This document shows, in pieces, positions 43,822 through 55,021 of a stretch of DNA of 64,000 bases. Every line of letters begins with the position of its first letter. Positions within the stretch are counted from its first letter, which is position 1. Under the pieces are notes generated by a model, which saw only the letters and a program-made list of their open reading frames with translations, was not told the DNA's origin and did no database searches. The DNA comes from an uncultured delta proteobacterium (lineage in GTDB: Bacteria; Desulfobacterota; RBG-13-43-22), in the NCBI GenBank assembly GCA_963711835.1, contig CAVQFQ010000007.1, positions 1 to 64,000 of the forward strand, read 5' to 3'. The position numbers and the translations under genes are program-made.

Positions 43822-45342
43822 TCATTTTTTTGAGTAGTACGTTTCGATCGCTTTAACCAGCCCGGGAATGGTGAATGTCTCGGCGGTGACGGAGACGGTT
43901 AGGCCGTTATCCCGGGCGGTCTGGGCCGTAATCGGTCCGATGCAGGCAATGACAACCGATTTGAGCCGGGAAAGGATCTCCCCGCGGGAAAAGAGGGCCA
44001 AAAAATGAATCACGGTGGAGGAACTGGTAAAGGTCAGGCAATCCACTTCTCCCCGGTCTAATTTTTCCTCTAAAAAGGATTTTTCTTCCTCGGCGGGAAG
44101 CGTTTGATAGGCGGAAACGACGGTCACCTCGGCACCCAGGTTTTTAAGGCCGTCCGGCAGGACATCCCTGGCCAGGGCGGCCCGGGGGAGGAGGACTTTT
44201 TGATCCTGGAAGGGGATTTGGGCTAAGGCATTGAGAAGTTCCTCCGCCTGGTATTTTTCCGGAATGAGATCGGGCCGGAGATGATAGCGGCCGAGTTCCT
44301 TGGACGTAGCCGGTCCGATCACGGCCAGCCGGATACCTTTCAAGATCCGAAGATCTTGCCCTAAGTGTTCCAGACGCTGGAAGAAAAAACGGACCCCGTT
44401 AGGGCTGGTAAAGAAGATCCAATGGTATTCCTGGAGATGGTCAATGGCCTGATCGAGAGGCGTCCAGTCCGCAGGGGGAACGATACGGATGGTGGGGAAT
44501 TCCAGGACCTCGGCGCCCAAGGCCTGCACCTGAGCTATCAGATCGCTGGCCTGCTCCCGGGTCCGAGTGACGACCACGGTTTTCCCGAACAAGGGGCGGC
44601 TTTCAAACCAATTCAAGGACTGTCTTAAGGCCACCACCTCCCCAACCACGAAGATCGCCGGAGGAGAAAGGGCCGCCTCCTTCGCCCTCAGTACAATATT
44701 GGATAAGGTCCCGGTTACGGTCTGCTGTCTGGGCGTCGTCCCCCAGCGAATCAAAGCCGCCGGCGTATCCGAAGGCCTTCCATTTTGGATCAATCGTTCC
44801 ACGATAGCGGGCAGATTTTTTACTCCCATTAAAAAGACCAGGGTTTCCACGGCGGTGGCCAGCTTGCCCCAATCCAGACCGGGCTCTTCCTTGCTGGGAT
44901 CCTCATGGCCGGTAATGAAGGCCAGGCTGGTATTAAAGCGGCGGTGGGTCAAGGGGATACCGGCATAAGCGGGAACGGCAATGGCTGAGGTGACACCGGG
45001 GACTATTTCAAAAGGGATGCCGGCCCGAGCCAGTTCTTCGGCCTCTTCCCCTCCCCGGCCGAAGATAAAGGGATCGCCCCCCTTGAGACGGACCACGTTC
45101 TTCCCCTGGGAGGCTTTTTCGATAATCAGTCGGTTGATTTCCGCCTGGGGCAGGGTGTGGTCCCCTCCTTTTTTCCCCACATAAAGGCATTCGGCTGAGA
45201 CCGGTACATGGTTCAAAAGCTGTGGGCTGGCCAGAAAATCATAGATGACCACCTCGGCCTCCTTAAGTAATTGAACCCCTTTAACGGTCAACAAACCCGG
45301 GTCCCCGGGTCCGGCACCGACTAAGTAGACTTTTCCTGACAT
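43822..45342 (-). CDS. cobA: Bifunctional uroporphyrinogen-III C-methyltransferase / uroporphyrinogen-III synthase (CobA-HemD)
   Basis: [12 protein letters not shown] and [16 protein letters not shown], followed by a HemD domain (FTSPNGV, FTSSSTV, CIGPIT). Confidence 0.95.
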   Translation of the reverse strand: MSGKVYLVGAGPGDPGLLTVKGVQLLKEAEVVIYDFLASPQLLNHVPVSAECLYVGKKGGDHTLPQAEINRLIIEKASQGKNVVRLKGGDPFIFGRGGEEAEELARAGIPFEIVPGVTSAIAVPAYAGIPLTHRRFNTSLAFITGHEDPSKEEPGLDWGKLATAVETLVFLMGVKNLPAIVERLIQNGRPSDTPAALIRWGTTPRQQTVTGTLSNIVLRAKEAALSPPAIFVVGEVVALRQSLNWFESRPLFGKTVVVTRTREQASDLIAQVQALGAEVLEFPTIRIVPPADWTPLDQAIDHLQEYHWIFFTSPNGVRFFFQRLEHLGQDLRILKGIRLAVIGPATSKELGRYHLRPDLIPEKYQAEELLNALAQIPFQDQKVLLPRAALARDVLPDGLKNLGAEVTVVSAYQTLPAEEEKSFLEEKLDRGEVDCLTFTSSSTVIHFLALFSRGEILSRLKSVVIACIGPITAQTARDNGLTVSVTAETFTIPGLVKAIETYYSKK

Positions 45343-45365
45343 GATTCGACCTTGTCCATTATGAA

Positions 45366-46328
45366 TTACAACCGGGTTTGTTTTATCTCGGTCTTTTCTT
45401 CCTGACGGTAAACCTGATCCAGGATTTCCCGGCCGCCCCGGTCCAGGAGGTGTTCCGCCAGCCGGAGCCCCAATCCTTCGGGGTCGCCGGCCGGGCCTTC
45501 CATCTTTGCTTTAATTATCACCGAACCATCCAACGAGGCTATCAGACCGGCCAGAGAAAGCCGTCCTTCCCGGAACCGGGCATGGCCGGCCAGAGGAACC
45601 TGGCAACCTCCCTGCAGGCGTTTTAAAAAACTCCGTTCCGCCTGAGTACCGAGGGCCGTTTCCTGATGGTGTAAAAAGGAAAGCATTTCTTTAAGCGCAT
45701 CATCTTCTTCCCGGATCTCCAGGGCCAGGGCCCCCTGGCCGACCGCGGGCAGGCAGAGGCCGATATCCAGGATCTGAGTGATCAGAGCGCTCAGTCCCAT
45801 TCGGTTCAGGCCGGCGGCGGCTAAAATGATCCCGGCCAGGTCCTCGGTTTCCATTTTCCGTATCCGCGAATCCAGGTTTCCCCTGAGCGGCAATACCTGG
45901 AGGTCGGGCCGAAGGTGCAATAACTGGGATTTTCGCCGCAAACTGCTGGTGCCGATTTTTTTTTGAGGGGGGAGGTCCTGGAAGGAGAGGCGATCCCGTG
46001 AGATCCAGGCATCTCTGGGGTCTTCCCGGAGAGGGATGGCCCCGATGACCAATCCCAGGGGCAGCTCTCCGGGCATGTCTTTCATGCTGTGGACGGCCAG
46101 GTCCACTTCCCGCCTGAGCAGGGCCTCCTCGATCTCCTTGACGAACAGCCCCTTGCCCCCGACTGCAGCCAGAGGAACATCGAGGATCTTATCCCCTTTG
46201 GTTTTTATCGGAACCAATTCCAGGCGAAGGGAAGGATAGCGTCCGGAAAGGGCTTTTTTGACCCAGGTCGATTGCTTAAGGGCTAACGGACTCCCGCGGG
46301 TTCCAATTTTTATCATGTCCCTGGCCAT
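45366..46328 (-). CDS. hemC: Porphobilinogen deaminase
   Basis: GTRGSPLA, GKGLFVKE, VHSMKD, GTSSLRR and GGCQVP motifs. Confidence 0.97.
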   Translation of the reverse strand: MARDMIKIGTRGSPLALKQSTWVKKALSGRYPSLRLELVPIKTKGDKILDVPLAAVGGKGLFVKEIEEALLRREVDLAVHSMKDMPGELPLGLVIGAIPLREDPRDAWISRDRLSFQDLPPQKKIGTSSLRRKSQLLHLRPDLQVLPLRGNLDSRIRKMETEDLAGIILAAAGLNRMGLSALITQILDIGLCLPAVGQGALALEIREEDDALKEMLSFLHHQETALGTQAERSFLKRLQGGCQVPLAGHARFREGRLSLAGLIASLDGSVIIKAKMEGPAGDPEGLGLRLAEHLLDRGGREILDQVYRQEEKTEIKQTRL

Positions 46329-46403
46329 CGCGAGTTGCTAAAGAACCCTTTATCGATCAATTTTTATGCAACTTCGAGGTTACATGCAACTTCGGGGTTT
46401 ACC

Positions 46404-46622
46404 TTAATGACAGGTGGAACAATTATGAGAGGCACAACTGCTGCACCCCGAAGAGGAGCCGGTTCCCACGAAACGATCCGATCCCTTAAAGGCAAAGGTG
46501 GACATTTTTTTCTGAAGATTTTCCTTCCGGCACTGGGGACAGCAAATTGTTTCCGAAGTTTTAAGGACCAGGGCCTCGAAATCATGGCCGCAGTCCTGGC
46601 AGAGATATTCAAAAATGGGCAT
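46404..46622 (-). CDS. FmdB family zinc-ribbon protein
   Basis: MPIFEYLCQDCGHDFE...CPQC with a Cys-rich tail. Confidence 0.88.
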   Translation of the reverse strand: MPIFEYLCQDCGHDFEALVLKTSETICCPQCRKENLQKKMSTFAFKGSDRFVGTGSSSGCSSCASHNCSTCH

Positions 46623-46665
46623 TATGGTATTCTCCTGTATTTTTCATTACCTTAATCACCCCGGA

Positions 46666-47646
46666 CTATTTTTTCAAGGTCTTTGAAAGGGTTTGTTGCG
46701 GCCAGCCTTCGACTAAAGCGGCGGCCAGAAGGGGGACCATCAGTTCATGGTGGCCGATCAGATAATAACCCTTTCCGCCTTCCAGGGTAGGGCGGCGGAC
46801 CACATTGGCAGCCGGGCGGTAGTGGTGAATAAAGTCCATGTTGACGGTGGTGAGCTGCTTTAACGGGAAGCCCAGGTTGCGGACCAGGGTGACGGCCTTG
46901 AGGAAGACTTCCGGGAGCACGACCGCCGAACCGATATTAACAAAAACCCCTCCTTCAAGGGTCCGCACTACCGCACAGAAGGTCTGAAAATCGCGGTAGG
47001 TAGCCTGCCCGGTGGCTTTGGCATTCATGGAAGGATGGAGATGGATGATATCCGTACCGATGGCTACGTGGACCGTTACCGGTATCCGCCGGCGGACCGC
47101 CGCAGCCAGGAGGCTGTTCGCCAGATAAGGAAACTTGGCTTTGGTCAAACCCCGACCCACGGCCTCCCCCAGCCCAAGGCCCCTACGGACTCCTTGCTGA
47201 ATGGCGCTGTTCAGAAACTGGGCGGTTTCCCGGGCCATGCCGAAGCTTCCTCGGCCCAATTCCCGGTCCACATCCTCGGAGGTTCGGCCTACCATGGCCA
47301 GTTCGGTGTCATGGATCACCCCGGCGCCATTCAGAGACAAGGCGCTGATAAAACCTTTTTCCATCAGGTCGATCAGGATGGGGCTGAGGCCCACCTTGAT
47401 GAGATGGGCCCCCATGGCAAAGTGAATCGTTTTTCGAGAGGCCTTGGCCTTGGCGATGGCCTGGGCCACAGAGCGGAAGTGCCCGCCGGCCAGGATGCCG
47501 GGGAGGGTTTCCAGAAAGTCTTTGAAAGCGCCCCCGGCTGTCCAGGGGCGGGCCAGGTCTTCAAGCCCGATCTTGCTGGGGCGGTTTTTCAGGGAATAGG
47601 TTTTTAAATGTTTCAGGGAAAGGGGCGGAAAGCTCTGAGTGGCCAC
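46666..47646 (-). CDS. Conserved protein with a deoxyhypusine-synthase-like fold
   Basis: MGAHLIKVGL, NGAGVIHD, HVAIGTDIIH, GSAVVLPEVFLKA and GHHELM motifs. Confidence 0.6.
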   Translation of the reverse strand: MATQSFPPLSLKHLKTYSLKNRPSKIGLEDLARPWTAGGAFKDFLETLPGILAGGHFRSVAQAIAKAKASRKTIHFAMGAHLIKVGLSPILIDLMEKGFISALSLNGAGVIHDTELAMVGRTSEDVDRELGRGSFGMARETAQFLNSAIQQGVRRGLGLGEAVGRGLTKAKFPYLANSLLAAAVRRRIPVTVHVAIGTDIIHLHPSMNAKATGQATYRDFQTFCAVVRTLEGGVFVNIGSAVVLPEVFLKAVTLVRNLGFPLKQLTTVNMDFIHHYRPAANVVRRPTLEGGKGYYLIGHHELMVPLLAAALVEGWPQQTLSKTLKK

Positions 47647-47651
47647 CGGTT

Positions 47652-48236
47652 TTATCCTTTCGGGGTTCCGAACAATTGGGTTTCGACCAAATCACAGAGC
47701 AGATGTTGGATCAGGATCTGCACTTCCTGGATCCGGGGGGTATCGGCCGAAGGGATAATGAGAGAGCGGTCGGCCCATTGGATCATCTGGCCGCCCCGGT
47801 TACCCACCAGGGCCACGGTGACCAGTTTATTATCCCGGGCCGCTTTAAAGCCCCGGATGATATTGGCCGAATTTCCGCTGGTGCTGATTCCCAGGACCCA
47901 GTCTCCCGGAAGGCCCAGGGCTAAAATCTGCTTTTCAAAGATCTGATCGAAACCGTAATCATTGCCGATACTGGTCAGGACCGAAGTGTCGGTGCTCAGG
48001 GAAAGGGCCGGCAGAGGGGACCGCTCCAGACGAAAGCGGTTTACAAATTCAGCCGCCAAATGTTGGGCATCGGCGGCACTCCCGCCGTTGCCCATGATCA
48101 GCAGTTTCTTGCCCTGTGAAAAGGCCCCGGCCAAGTCCCGGGCCAATTCCAGGAGGGCCTGGGCCTGGGATTCAAAAAAGGCTTTCTGGACGGCCTGAAG
48201 TTCGGCTACCTGCTGGTGAAGGTTGTTTATGGACAT
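47652..48236 (-). CDS. gmhA: D-sedoheptulose 7-phosphate isomerase
   Basis: GNGGSAADAQH, IGNDYGF, STSGNS and RIQE motifs. Confidence 0.95.
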   Translation of the reverse strand: MSINNLHQQVAELQAVQKAFFESQAQALLELARDLAGAFSQGKKLLIMGNGGSAADAQHLAAEFVNRFRLERSPLPALSLSTDTSVLTSIGNDYGFDQIFEKQILALGLPGDWVLGISTSGNSANIIRGFKAARDNKLVTVALVGNRGGQMIQWADRSLIIPSADTPRIQEVQILIQHLLCDLVETQLFGTPKG

Positions 48237-48435
48237 GGGACCCCGGTCTTGTTGGAATTTCCTTTGTAACTATCCCATTCCGGTCTTTCTGTCAACCCCG
48301 ATTGATCCAGCCGAAGGTCCGGCCTTCCTGGGTTCGACAAAACTCCTTGCCCCCATCATCTAAATTTGATAGGATCCCTCACAGCCCCTGGATGCGGTTG
48401 AATCAGGGGTGAATTATTTGGAAAGGAAACCCAGG

Positions 48436-48906
48436 ATGGATCGGACACCGATTACCAAGGAAGGATTGGAGAGACTGCGCCGGGAATTGGAACGCCTGGA
48501 GAAAAAAGAGAGGCCGTCGGCTATCAAGGCCATTGCCGAGGCCCGGTCCCATGGGGATCTCTCCGAAAATGCCGAATACCACGCCGCCAAAGAGCGCCAG
48601 GGCTTCATCGAAGGCCGCATTGGCGATCTGCATACTAAACTGGCCTGTGCCGAAGTGATAGACTGCTCCAACCTTCCGGACGACCGGATTGTCTTTGGAA
48701 CGACGGTCGTCTGTAATGATCTGCAAACCGGAGACGAATTTAAAATTCGCTTGGTAGGGCCCGACGAATCCAATGTCGACGACGGCGACATCTCGGTTCT
48801 TTCACCCTTGGGCCGGGCCTTGATCGGCAAGGAGCCGGGAGATGAGATCCAAGTGAAAACCCCGGGAGGCCTGCGCTTGATTGAAATTGTAGATATCAAC
48901 GTCTAA
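48436..48906 (+). CDS. greA: Transcription elongation factor GreA
   Basis: [18 protein letters not shown] and [10 protein letters not shown] motifs. Confidence 0.96.
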   Translation: MDRTPITKEGLERLRRELERLEKKERPSAIKAIAEARSHGDLSENAEYHAAKERQGFIEGRIGDLHTKLACAEVIDCSNLPDDRIVFGTTVVCNDLQTGDEFKIRLVGPDESNVDDGDISVLSPLGRALIGKEPGDEIQVKTPGGLRLIEIVDINV

Positions 48907-50465
48907 TGCCCCTCACCCACCCTTACGGTGGCACTTCCGCGAATGACCCAGATTAAGGGCACCAAACCCAGGAAGAACAAAAAGAGGACATAAAACACAT
49001 CATTAAAGCTCAGCATGGCGGCCTGTCGCTGTAGAAAGCGGTAGATCAGTTCTAAGGAACTCTGCTGGGCCAGGGTCTCCTCCAATCCACGGCCCTGAAG
49101 GAAACTCTGAATGCTTGGAGCGGTATTCTGGAGTTTAAAATCGTAGATGGAAAATCCTTCCGCCAGATGCTGCTGGTGAAATTGGGCCCGCCGGGAAATG
49201 CCGGTGGTGATAAAGGCCACGCCGAAACTCCCCCCCAAATTCCGCAATAAATTAAAGATAGCCGAACCGTAACCCATCTCGGGTTTGGGGATATTGGAAA
49301 GGGTCAGGGTGGAAAGGGGAACGAAAAAAAAGCTGATCCCCATGCCCTGGATAATCCGGGGCCAGATGACCGTCCAGAAATCCGCCTCCAGGGTGAAACC
49401 CGACATCAGATAGAGGGCATAGGCATTGGTTAACATCCCAAAACTTAACAGAAGCCTCGAATCCGTTCGTCCTACCAACCGGCCTACGACCGGCATAAAA
49501 AAGAGGGTGCTCAGGCCTCCCGGGCCCAGGACCAGGCCGGCCAGGTAGGCGGTATAGCCCATCAGGTTCTGCAAATAGATGGGCAGCAAGACAATGCTGC
49601 CGAAAAAGGAAAAAAAACCCAGAAACAGGATGATATTCCCGGAGGTGAAGGATCGGTTTTTAAAAAGCCTAAGCCGGACCACAGGGTAAGCAACCTTCAA
49701 TTCAACCCAGATGAACAGCAGGAGGCAGACGGCCGCAATAAGGCTCAACCCGATAATAAAACTGGACTCGAACCAGGCCTCCCGCTCTCCCCGATCCAAG
49801 ACCAGTTGGAGACAACCCAGGCCCAAGGTCAAAAGCCCCAGTCCCCAATAATCAATAGGCGTTTTTTGTTTTCTGAGATAAGGGGGGTCGAAGATGAACA
49901 GGAAGGTCATAAACATGGCCAGGCCGCCCAAGGGGAGATTGATGTAAAAAATCCAGCGCCAGCTCAGGGTGTCGGTAATATAGCCGCCGAGTAGAGGCCC
50001 CAGGATGGGTCCGAAAACCACCCCAATCCCATAGACGGCCATGGCCATGCCGTGCTCTTTCGGGGGAAAAGTCTCCAGGAGAATGGACAGAGAGAGCGGC
50101 TGCAAGGCCCCGCCGCCGATGCCCTGAAGGACCCTGAAAAAAATGAGGCTCTCCAGATTAAAAGCAGCGCCGCACATGAAAGAACTGAAGGTAAACAGGG
50201 CGATGGAAAAGATAAGATAGCGTTTGCGTCCGAAGGTGCTGGCCAGCCAGCCGCTGATGGGAATGATGACGGCATTGGAAACCAGATAGGAGGTCAGGAC
50301 CCAGGTGACCTCATCCAGACCGGCGCTGAGACTGCCCTGGATGTGTCCCAGAGAGACGTTGGCCACGCTGATGTCCAGGATCTCGATGATGGTCGGCAGC
50401 ATGACCGTCAGGGTCACCAGCCATTTATTCACCAAAGGCGGAGCAGGAGGTGCCGGGGCGTCCAT
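48903..50465 (-). CDS. emrB: DHA2 family MFS efflux permease (EmrB-like)
   Basis: [17 protein letters not shown] and [10 protein letters not shown] motifs in a 14-TM pattern. Confidence 0.9.
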   Translation of the reverse strand: MDAPAPPAPPLVNKWLVTLTVMLPTIIEILDISVANVSLGHIQGSLSAGLDEVTWVLTSYLVSNAVIIPISGWLASTFGRKRYLIFSIALFTFSSFMCGAAFNLESLIFFRVLQGIGGGALQPLSLSILLETFPPKEHGMAMAVYGIGVVFGPILGPLLGGYITDTLSWRWIFYINLPLGGLAMFMTFLFIFDPPYLRKQKTPIDYWGLGLLTLGLGCLQLVLDRGEREAWFESSFIIGLSLIAAVCLLLFIWVELKVAYPVVRLRLFKNRSFTSGNIILFLGFFSFFGSIVLLPIYLQNLMGYTAYLAGLVLGPGGLSTLFFMPVVGRLVGRTDSRLLLSFGMLTNAYALYLMSGFTLEADFWTVIWPRIIQGMGISFFFVPLSTLTLSNIPKPEMGYGSAIFNLLRNLGGSFGVAFITTGISRRAQFHQQHLAEGFSIYDFKLQNTAPSIQSFLQGRGLEETLAQQSSLELIYRFLQRQAAMLSFNDVFYVLFLFFLGLVPLIWVIRGSATVRVGEGH

Positions 50466-50476
50466 AAAATCGGGAG

Positions 50477-51674
50477 TTACTGCTCGATGAAGATGGTGGG
50501 TATGACGGACATCCCCAGGCGCAAGACCGGCCGATTCTTTTCGGCCCGGTCCAGGACGATCTTGACCGGAATGCGCTGGACGATCTTGACGAAATTACCG
50601 GTGGCATTTTCGGGCGGGAACAGGGAAAAGGCCGAACCCGTCCCGGCCATGATGCTGTCCACCCGGCCCTGGAGTTTTACTCCGCGAGAAGGTATCCACC
50701 TTGATGGAAACCTTTTGTCCGGATTTTACCCGGGTCAGGTCGGTTTCTTTATAATTGGCAATGACCCAAAGGTTTTCCAGGGCGACCAGGGCCATCAGGG
50801 GCTGGCCGGCCTGGACCTGCTGGCCCGTCTCGCAATTCTTTTTGGTGATCTGGCCCCGGGCCGGGGCTTTGATCCGGGTATAGGAGAGGCGCAGTTGGGC
50901 CTGCTCCAGCCTGGCTTCAGCCAGGGCCAGCTCCGCTTTGGCGGCTTCGGCCGCCTGCTTTTTTATTTTGACCGTCTGGGTCCCGGTTTGGGCCAGATCG
51001 ACCTGGGCCCTGGCCCGCTTGATCTGCTCCTGGACGGACTCCAGATTTTTTTGCAGGGCCTGCTGGCCGGCCAAAGCCCCCTGATAGCGGGATTCAGCCA
51101 CTTGAAATTGCGTCAGGGCTTCATCGTAGTGTTGTTTGGAAATGGCCTGAACCTTATAGAGGTTCTGGAAGCGGTCCCGATCCCAGGCGGCCTTATCCAG
51201 GAGGGCCTTCAGGCTTTTGGTCTCTTCCTGGGCACGGCGGAGCTGTTCCCTGACCTCGGAGAGGCTTTTTTCCACGGCCCCGGCCCCGGCCTGGGATTCA
51301 CTGATCCGAGCCTGGGTCTGGTCCGACTCCAGGGGCACGGCTAATTGGGCCGAAGTCGAGCGGGCCTGGAGTGTTTTCAGGTTGGCCTGGGCTTCTTTCA
51401 GGGCGACTTCATAATCGGTGGCGTCCAGGACGGCCAAGACCTGGCCGGCTTCGACCGGTTGATTGTCACGGACCAGGACCTGGGCAACCGTGCCGGGCAC
51501 CCGGAAACTGACGGCATAAATCGAACCGGCTACATAAGCGTCATCGGTTGTGATATGAGTCCGGGCGTAGTGCCAATAAAAAATACCCCCCACCAGGGCC
51601 AGGAAGCCTGCCGGGATTAAGGCCATCAGGACCTTTTTCTTGCGTCGGTTATTTTTTGAATTTTCTTCAGGCAT
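50477..51674 (-). CDS. emrA: HlyD/EmrA membrane-fusion protein (frameshift near 50684)
   Basis: TDDAYV and ANYKET. The C-terminal GTGSAFSLFPPENATGNFVKIVQRIPV lies in a shifted frame. Confidence 0.9.
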
Positions 51675-51905
51675 TTCAGGGTTCCTTTAAGGTAAAATAG
51701 GGGCAGAGATTCAGGCCGGCCCCGCAGACCGAGCAGCGGTCTTTTTGGGGCACATCCTGGACCAGGTGATCCTGTACCGATCGGTTATTTTCCAAGGAAT
51801 AGTCGGGACGAGCTATAGGATTAGCGGTCTGAAAGATTCAAAACGATGACACTATAAAGGCAGGGTTGTTCGTTGTCAAGGAGGAGATAGGGTTTTAATT
51901 TTTTC

Positions 51906-51934
51906 TTGACAACTTGACCAGATAAAACGATAAT
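51906..51934 (+). promoter_or_regulatory. Sigma-70 promoter of the vapBC-type operon
   Basis: TTGACA-N17-GATAAT. Confidence 0.6.
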
Positions 51935-51960
51935 CGATAAAAAGAAGGGAGGAGAATAAT

Positions 51961-52200
51961 ATGGATGTAATACCCATTGGTGAATTGAAGACCAATTTTT
52001 CGGCCATCCTGGGACGAGTCAAAAAAGGGGAGAGGGTAGTTATTGGTTTTGGTAAAAAAAAGGAGAAGGTGGCCATCCTAATGCCTTATTCCCCTTCCAA
52101 GACTAAAAAAGGACGGAAACTTGGGCTGCTTAGAGGAAAGTGTGGGTATGCCGTCAAAGGGGATTTTCAAATCAAAGAGGAAGAGTTCACCTCGCTATGA
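51961..52200 (+). CDS. Phd/YefM family antitoxin
   Basis: IGELKTNFSAILGRVKKGERVVI...VAILMP and strong RBS. Confidence 0.85.
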   Translation: MDVIPIGELKTNFSAILGRVKKGERVVIGFGKKKEKVAILMPYSPSKTKKGRKLGLLRGKCGYAVKGDFQIKEEEFTSL

Positions 52201-52595
52201 ATTGCCTCATCGACACCCAGACCTTCCTCTGGTCGGTATTTGACCCTGACCAGTTGAGCATCAAAGCCAGGACTATCCTGCAGGAATCAGACAATACCAT
52301 CCACCTCAGCGTGGTTTCCTTTTGGGAAATTTCACTTAAATACGCCATCGGAAAGCTGGAACTGTTTAATATTCTGCCCGACCGCTTCCCTGAGGTGGCC
52401 AGACAGATGGAGTTTGAAATCCTCAACCTTGCCCCCAAAGAGGCGGCCACCTTTTATAAACTCCCCAAAATCGGCCACAAGGACCCCTTCGATCGCTTGA
52501 TCATCTGGCAGGCGATCCATCAAAAAATGACCCTTATTTCCAAGGATAGACGGTTTAAGGACTACAAGGGCATAGGGCTTCGGGTTGTCTGGTAG
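52197..52595 (+). CDS. vapC: VapC/PIN domain toxin
   Basis: LIDTQTFLW, SFWEI and HKDPFDRLIIWQA...SKD motifs. ATGA overlap with the antitoxin. Confidence 0.9.
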   Translation: MNCLIDTQTFLWSVFDPDQLSIKARTILQESDNTIHLSVVSFWEISLKYAIGKLELFNILPDRFPEVARQMEFEILNLAPKEAATFYKLPKIGHKDPFDRLIIWQAIHQKMTLISKDRRFKDYKGIGLRVVW

Positions 52596-53018
52596 GAAAC
52601 ACCCTAGGATTTGATCCGCCGGTGCCGGTAAAATTATTTGAACAAATTGCCAACTTTCCTCTATTCTGCGGGGCTCTTTAGTACTTCCTGTACTCTTCAA
52701 ATTTCCCTTTTTGAAAAAGACAAGATTTCTAACGATAATCGTTAGCTACCGACTATCAGAGAGTAATAAATCTTGACATCTCACCTGTATAATTCCATAT
52801 TCTGGCACTAATCAATGAGTTAAGTGAGATATGATATTTTAGGGAGCTGTGGGTTGGATAGACAACATAAATAGTTATTGCATAGAGCCCTGAAGGAATC
52901 CTGTGAGTTGGGTAGTTATACCGAAACAACAGAATAACTTGTTGGTATTTGACGTATAATCGGAGGACTCGCTTTCGCTGTAAGAGCAGAATAGATAAAA
53001 ATGAAAGGACTGAACCAC

Positions 53019-53585
53019 ATGAAAAAATCATTTGGCGCAAAAACACTCATTTTTCCAGCACCGGTCTGGTGCGTGGGGTCGTACGATACCAACGGGAATC
53101 CAAACGTGATGACCATTGCCTGGGGTGGCATTTGTTGTTCCAAACCGCCTTGTGTGACCATTTCACTTCGCAAGGCCACGTATACCTATGGCAATATCAT
53201 TGAGAGACAGGCATACACATTGAGTGTTCCGTCTGTCCAATTTGTTCAAGAGGCCGATTATTTTGGCATGGTATCTGGCCGGAGTATGAATAAATTCAAA
53301 GAGACCGGTCTTACGCCGGTTAAATCTGAATTGGTCGATGCCCCGTATGTAGGGGAATTCCCAATGATTTTAGAATGCAAGGTCATTCATCACTACGAGA
53401 TCGGCTTGCACACCCAATTCGTTGGCGAGATATTAGATGTTAAAATAGATGAAAGTATGTTGGGTGATGATGGGAAGCCAGATATCCAAAAAATTCGTCC
53501 CATTGTCTTCAGCCCGGAGGTCCAACGATATTATGGTATTGGAGCATTTATTGGAAAAGCGTTTGAGATTGGAAAGAAACGCTAA
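53019..53585 (+). CDS. Flavin reductase family (flavoredoxin-like) protein
   Basis: PNVMTIAWGG, ADYFGMVSGR, APYVGEFP...EC and HTQFVGEI motifs. Confidence 0.88.
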   Translation: MKKSFGAKTLIFPAPVWCVGSYDTNGNPNVMTIAWGGICCSKPPCVTISLRKATYTYGNIIERQAYTLSVPSVQFVQEADYFGMVSGRSMNKFKETGLTPVKSELVDAPYVGEFPMILECKVIHHYEIGLHTQFVGEILDVKIDESMLGDDGKPDIQKIRPIVFSPEVQRYYGIGAFIGKAFEIGKKR

Positions 53586-53735
53586 TGGCCAAAACATGAA
53601 TTATCCGGGAACGGTTGATGGCCCGTCAGATGCTCAGGCTGTCCAACTACTTGGATTCACCCCCGTCGTTAAGAACCGAGCGGTCCCCGGCTGCTCAATA
53701 AAATTTGGAGCCTTGATTGAGAAGGAGGTCTTAAA

Positions 53736-54320
53736 ATGAGTGAAGTGGAGATCCCCGAAACCGAGAAACTGGAAGGGGAGAAAAGCAAGCCGTTTACTAA
53801 AAGGGTGGCCTTAGTTACCGCGTGTTATGCCGTTTGCTTGGCCATCACCTCCCTGGGGGGCAGCAATGCCATGAAGGAGATGCTTTTGGCCCAGCAACAG
53901 GCCTCCGATCAATGGGGATATTACCAGGCCAAGGCGCTGCGAGAACATCTGTATCAAACCCAGCGGGCCTTGATGGAGAACGAATTTTTCGAGCGCAGCC
54001 CCTCCATGCGACCGGAAACCCGGCAGCGGTTTGAAAGGTTAATTAAAAAGTTCGGAGAGGAGGAGACCCGCTTCCGGGATGAAAAAAAGGAAATAGAAAA
54101 AGAGGCACGGAAACTGGAAAATGAACGAGACCTGAACCGGAGTAAGGACCCCTACTTCGACTTTGCAGAAGTGCTGCTACAAATCGCCATCATCCTGGCT
54201 TCTATTTCGATCCTGGCTTTCTCCAAGCCGATCTTTTTAGCTTCGTTAGCCGCCGCCGGGCTCGGATGTTTTTTATCGTTTAACGGATTTTTCCTGGTTT
54301 TCCGGTTCCTCTTATTTTAA
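53736..54320 (+). CDS. DUF4337 family membrane protein
   Basis: ASDQWGYYQAK and AEVLLQIAIILASI with terminal TM helices. Confidence 0.75.
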   Translation: MSEVEIPETEKLEGEKSKPFTKRVALVTACYAVCLAITSLGGSNAMKEMLLAQQQASDQWGYYQAKALREHLYQTQRALMENEFFERSPSMRPETRQRFERLIKKFGEEETRFRDEKKEIEKEARKLENERDLNRSKDPYFDFAEVLLQIAIILASISILAFSKPIFLASLAAAGLGCFLSFNGFFLVFRFLLF

Positions 54321-54560
54321 CCAGAGGATTTAGCTCACCGGCTTGGCATCGGAGCTAATGAAGGTGGTGACATCGTTAAATTGGGGGTGGAGAGGCAATT
54401 TTCGAGGAAATTTGAGGGCCTCTTCCTGAAGTCCGCACTGTTGTGGGAGAGATCGAAATCTTTTGTAAACGTTGTGCCTGGCAGGACAAGTTTAAGACAC
54501 CGAAACAGGTGAGGTAAGGGAAAACAGAAAAGCCCGCGAATGGGCCGGGGGAGGATCTCT

Positions 54561-54818
54561 ATGACAGATAAAATGGATCCGGCCGGTTCCCATGGAGAGG
54601 GCACCATGCACAAGTTTTTAGTTTTCCAGCCCTATCCTCTGGAAGTCGGACAAAAGATATTTATTGAAAGCGGTCCCCGTAGGGGAGACTGGGAAGTGGC
54701 GGCTGTGGGAGAGCGGAAGGTCAAGTTGCGCTGTCCCGTTTCCGGACGGGAGGTGGAATGGGATCGTTTTTGTTATCTGGTGGAGGAGCGCCGCGGCCTT
54801 TGGCCCCATCCGGATTAA
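54561..54818 (+). CDS. Small hypothetical protein
   Basis: RBS GGAGG. FQPYPLEVGQKI...GDWEV...LRCPVSGRE looks like a small beta-barrel. Start may be 54606. Confidence 0.6.
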   Translation: MTDKMDPAGSHGEGTMHKFLVFQPYPLEVGQKIFIESGPRRGDWEVAAVGERKVKLRCPVSGREVEWDRFCYLVEERRGLWPHPD

Positions 54819-55021
54819 ACCGGGTTCACGGTTTCCGTTTTCCAAAATGGGATGCCCCTGTTTTCAAGTAGAGGGCTTCGGGCAGATCGACCTTGGCAGC
54901 GTTGGCCAACTGCAAAGGCAATCAGATTTCCAGCTCTTGCATCAACCCGGACCGCCAGCCCGCATAGCATTCAGGAATGCCGAATTCTCAATGACAGACC
55001 TAATGACTCTTTGTAAATCCA

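Noticed and set aside
50052-51344. Long antisense ORFs (e.g. 50052-51344, 55235-56404, 56516-57808, 3098-4312, 7225-8490)
   Set aside because: They are shadows of well-supported genes on the opposite strand and have no recognisable motifs.
51677-51796. Tiny CxxC-containing ORF upstream of emrA
   Set aside because: It is about 39 codons with only a TTG start and no clear RBS, so support is insufficient.
52720-53680. Integron cassette (attC-like TAAC...GTTA ends) around the flavin reductase
   Set aside because: The candidate sites are too short, lack L-box pairing, and no integrase is present.
54375-54520. Possible selenoprotein frame (EEI-TGA-GPLPEV...CKRC)
   Set aside because: An in-frame TAA lies shortly upstream, there is no start or RBS, and no convincing SECIS hairpin.
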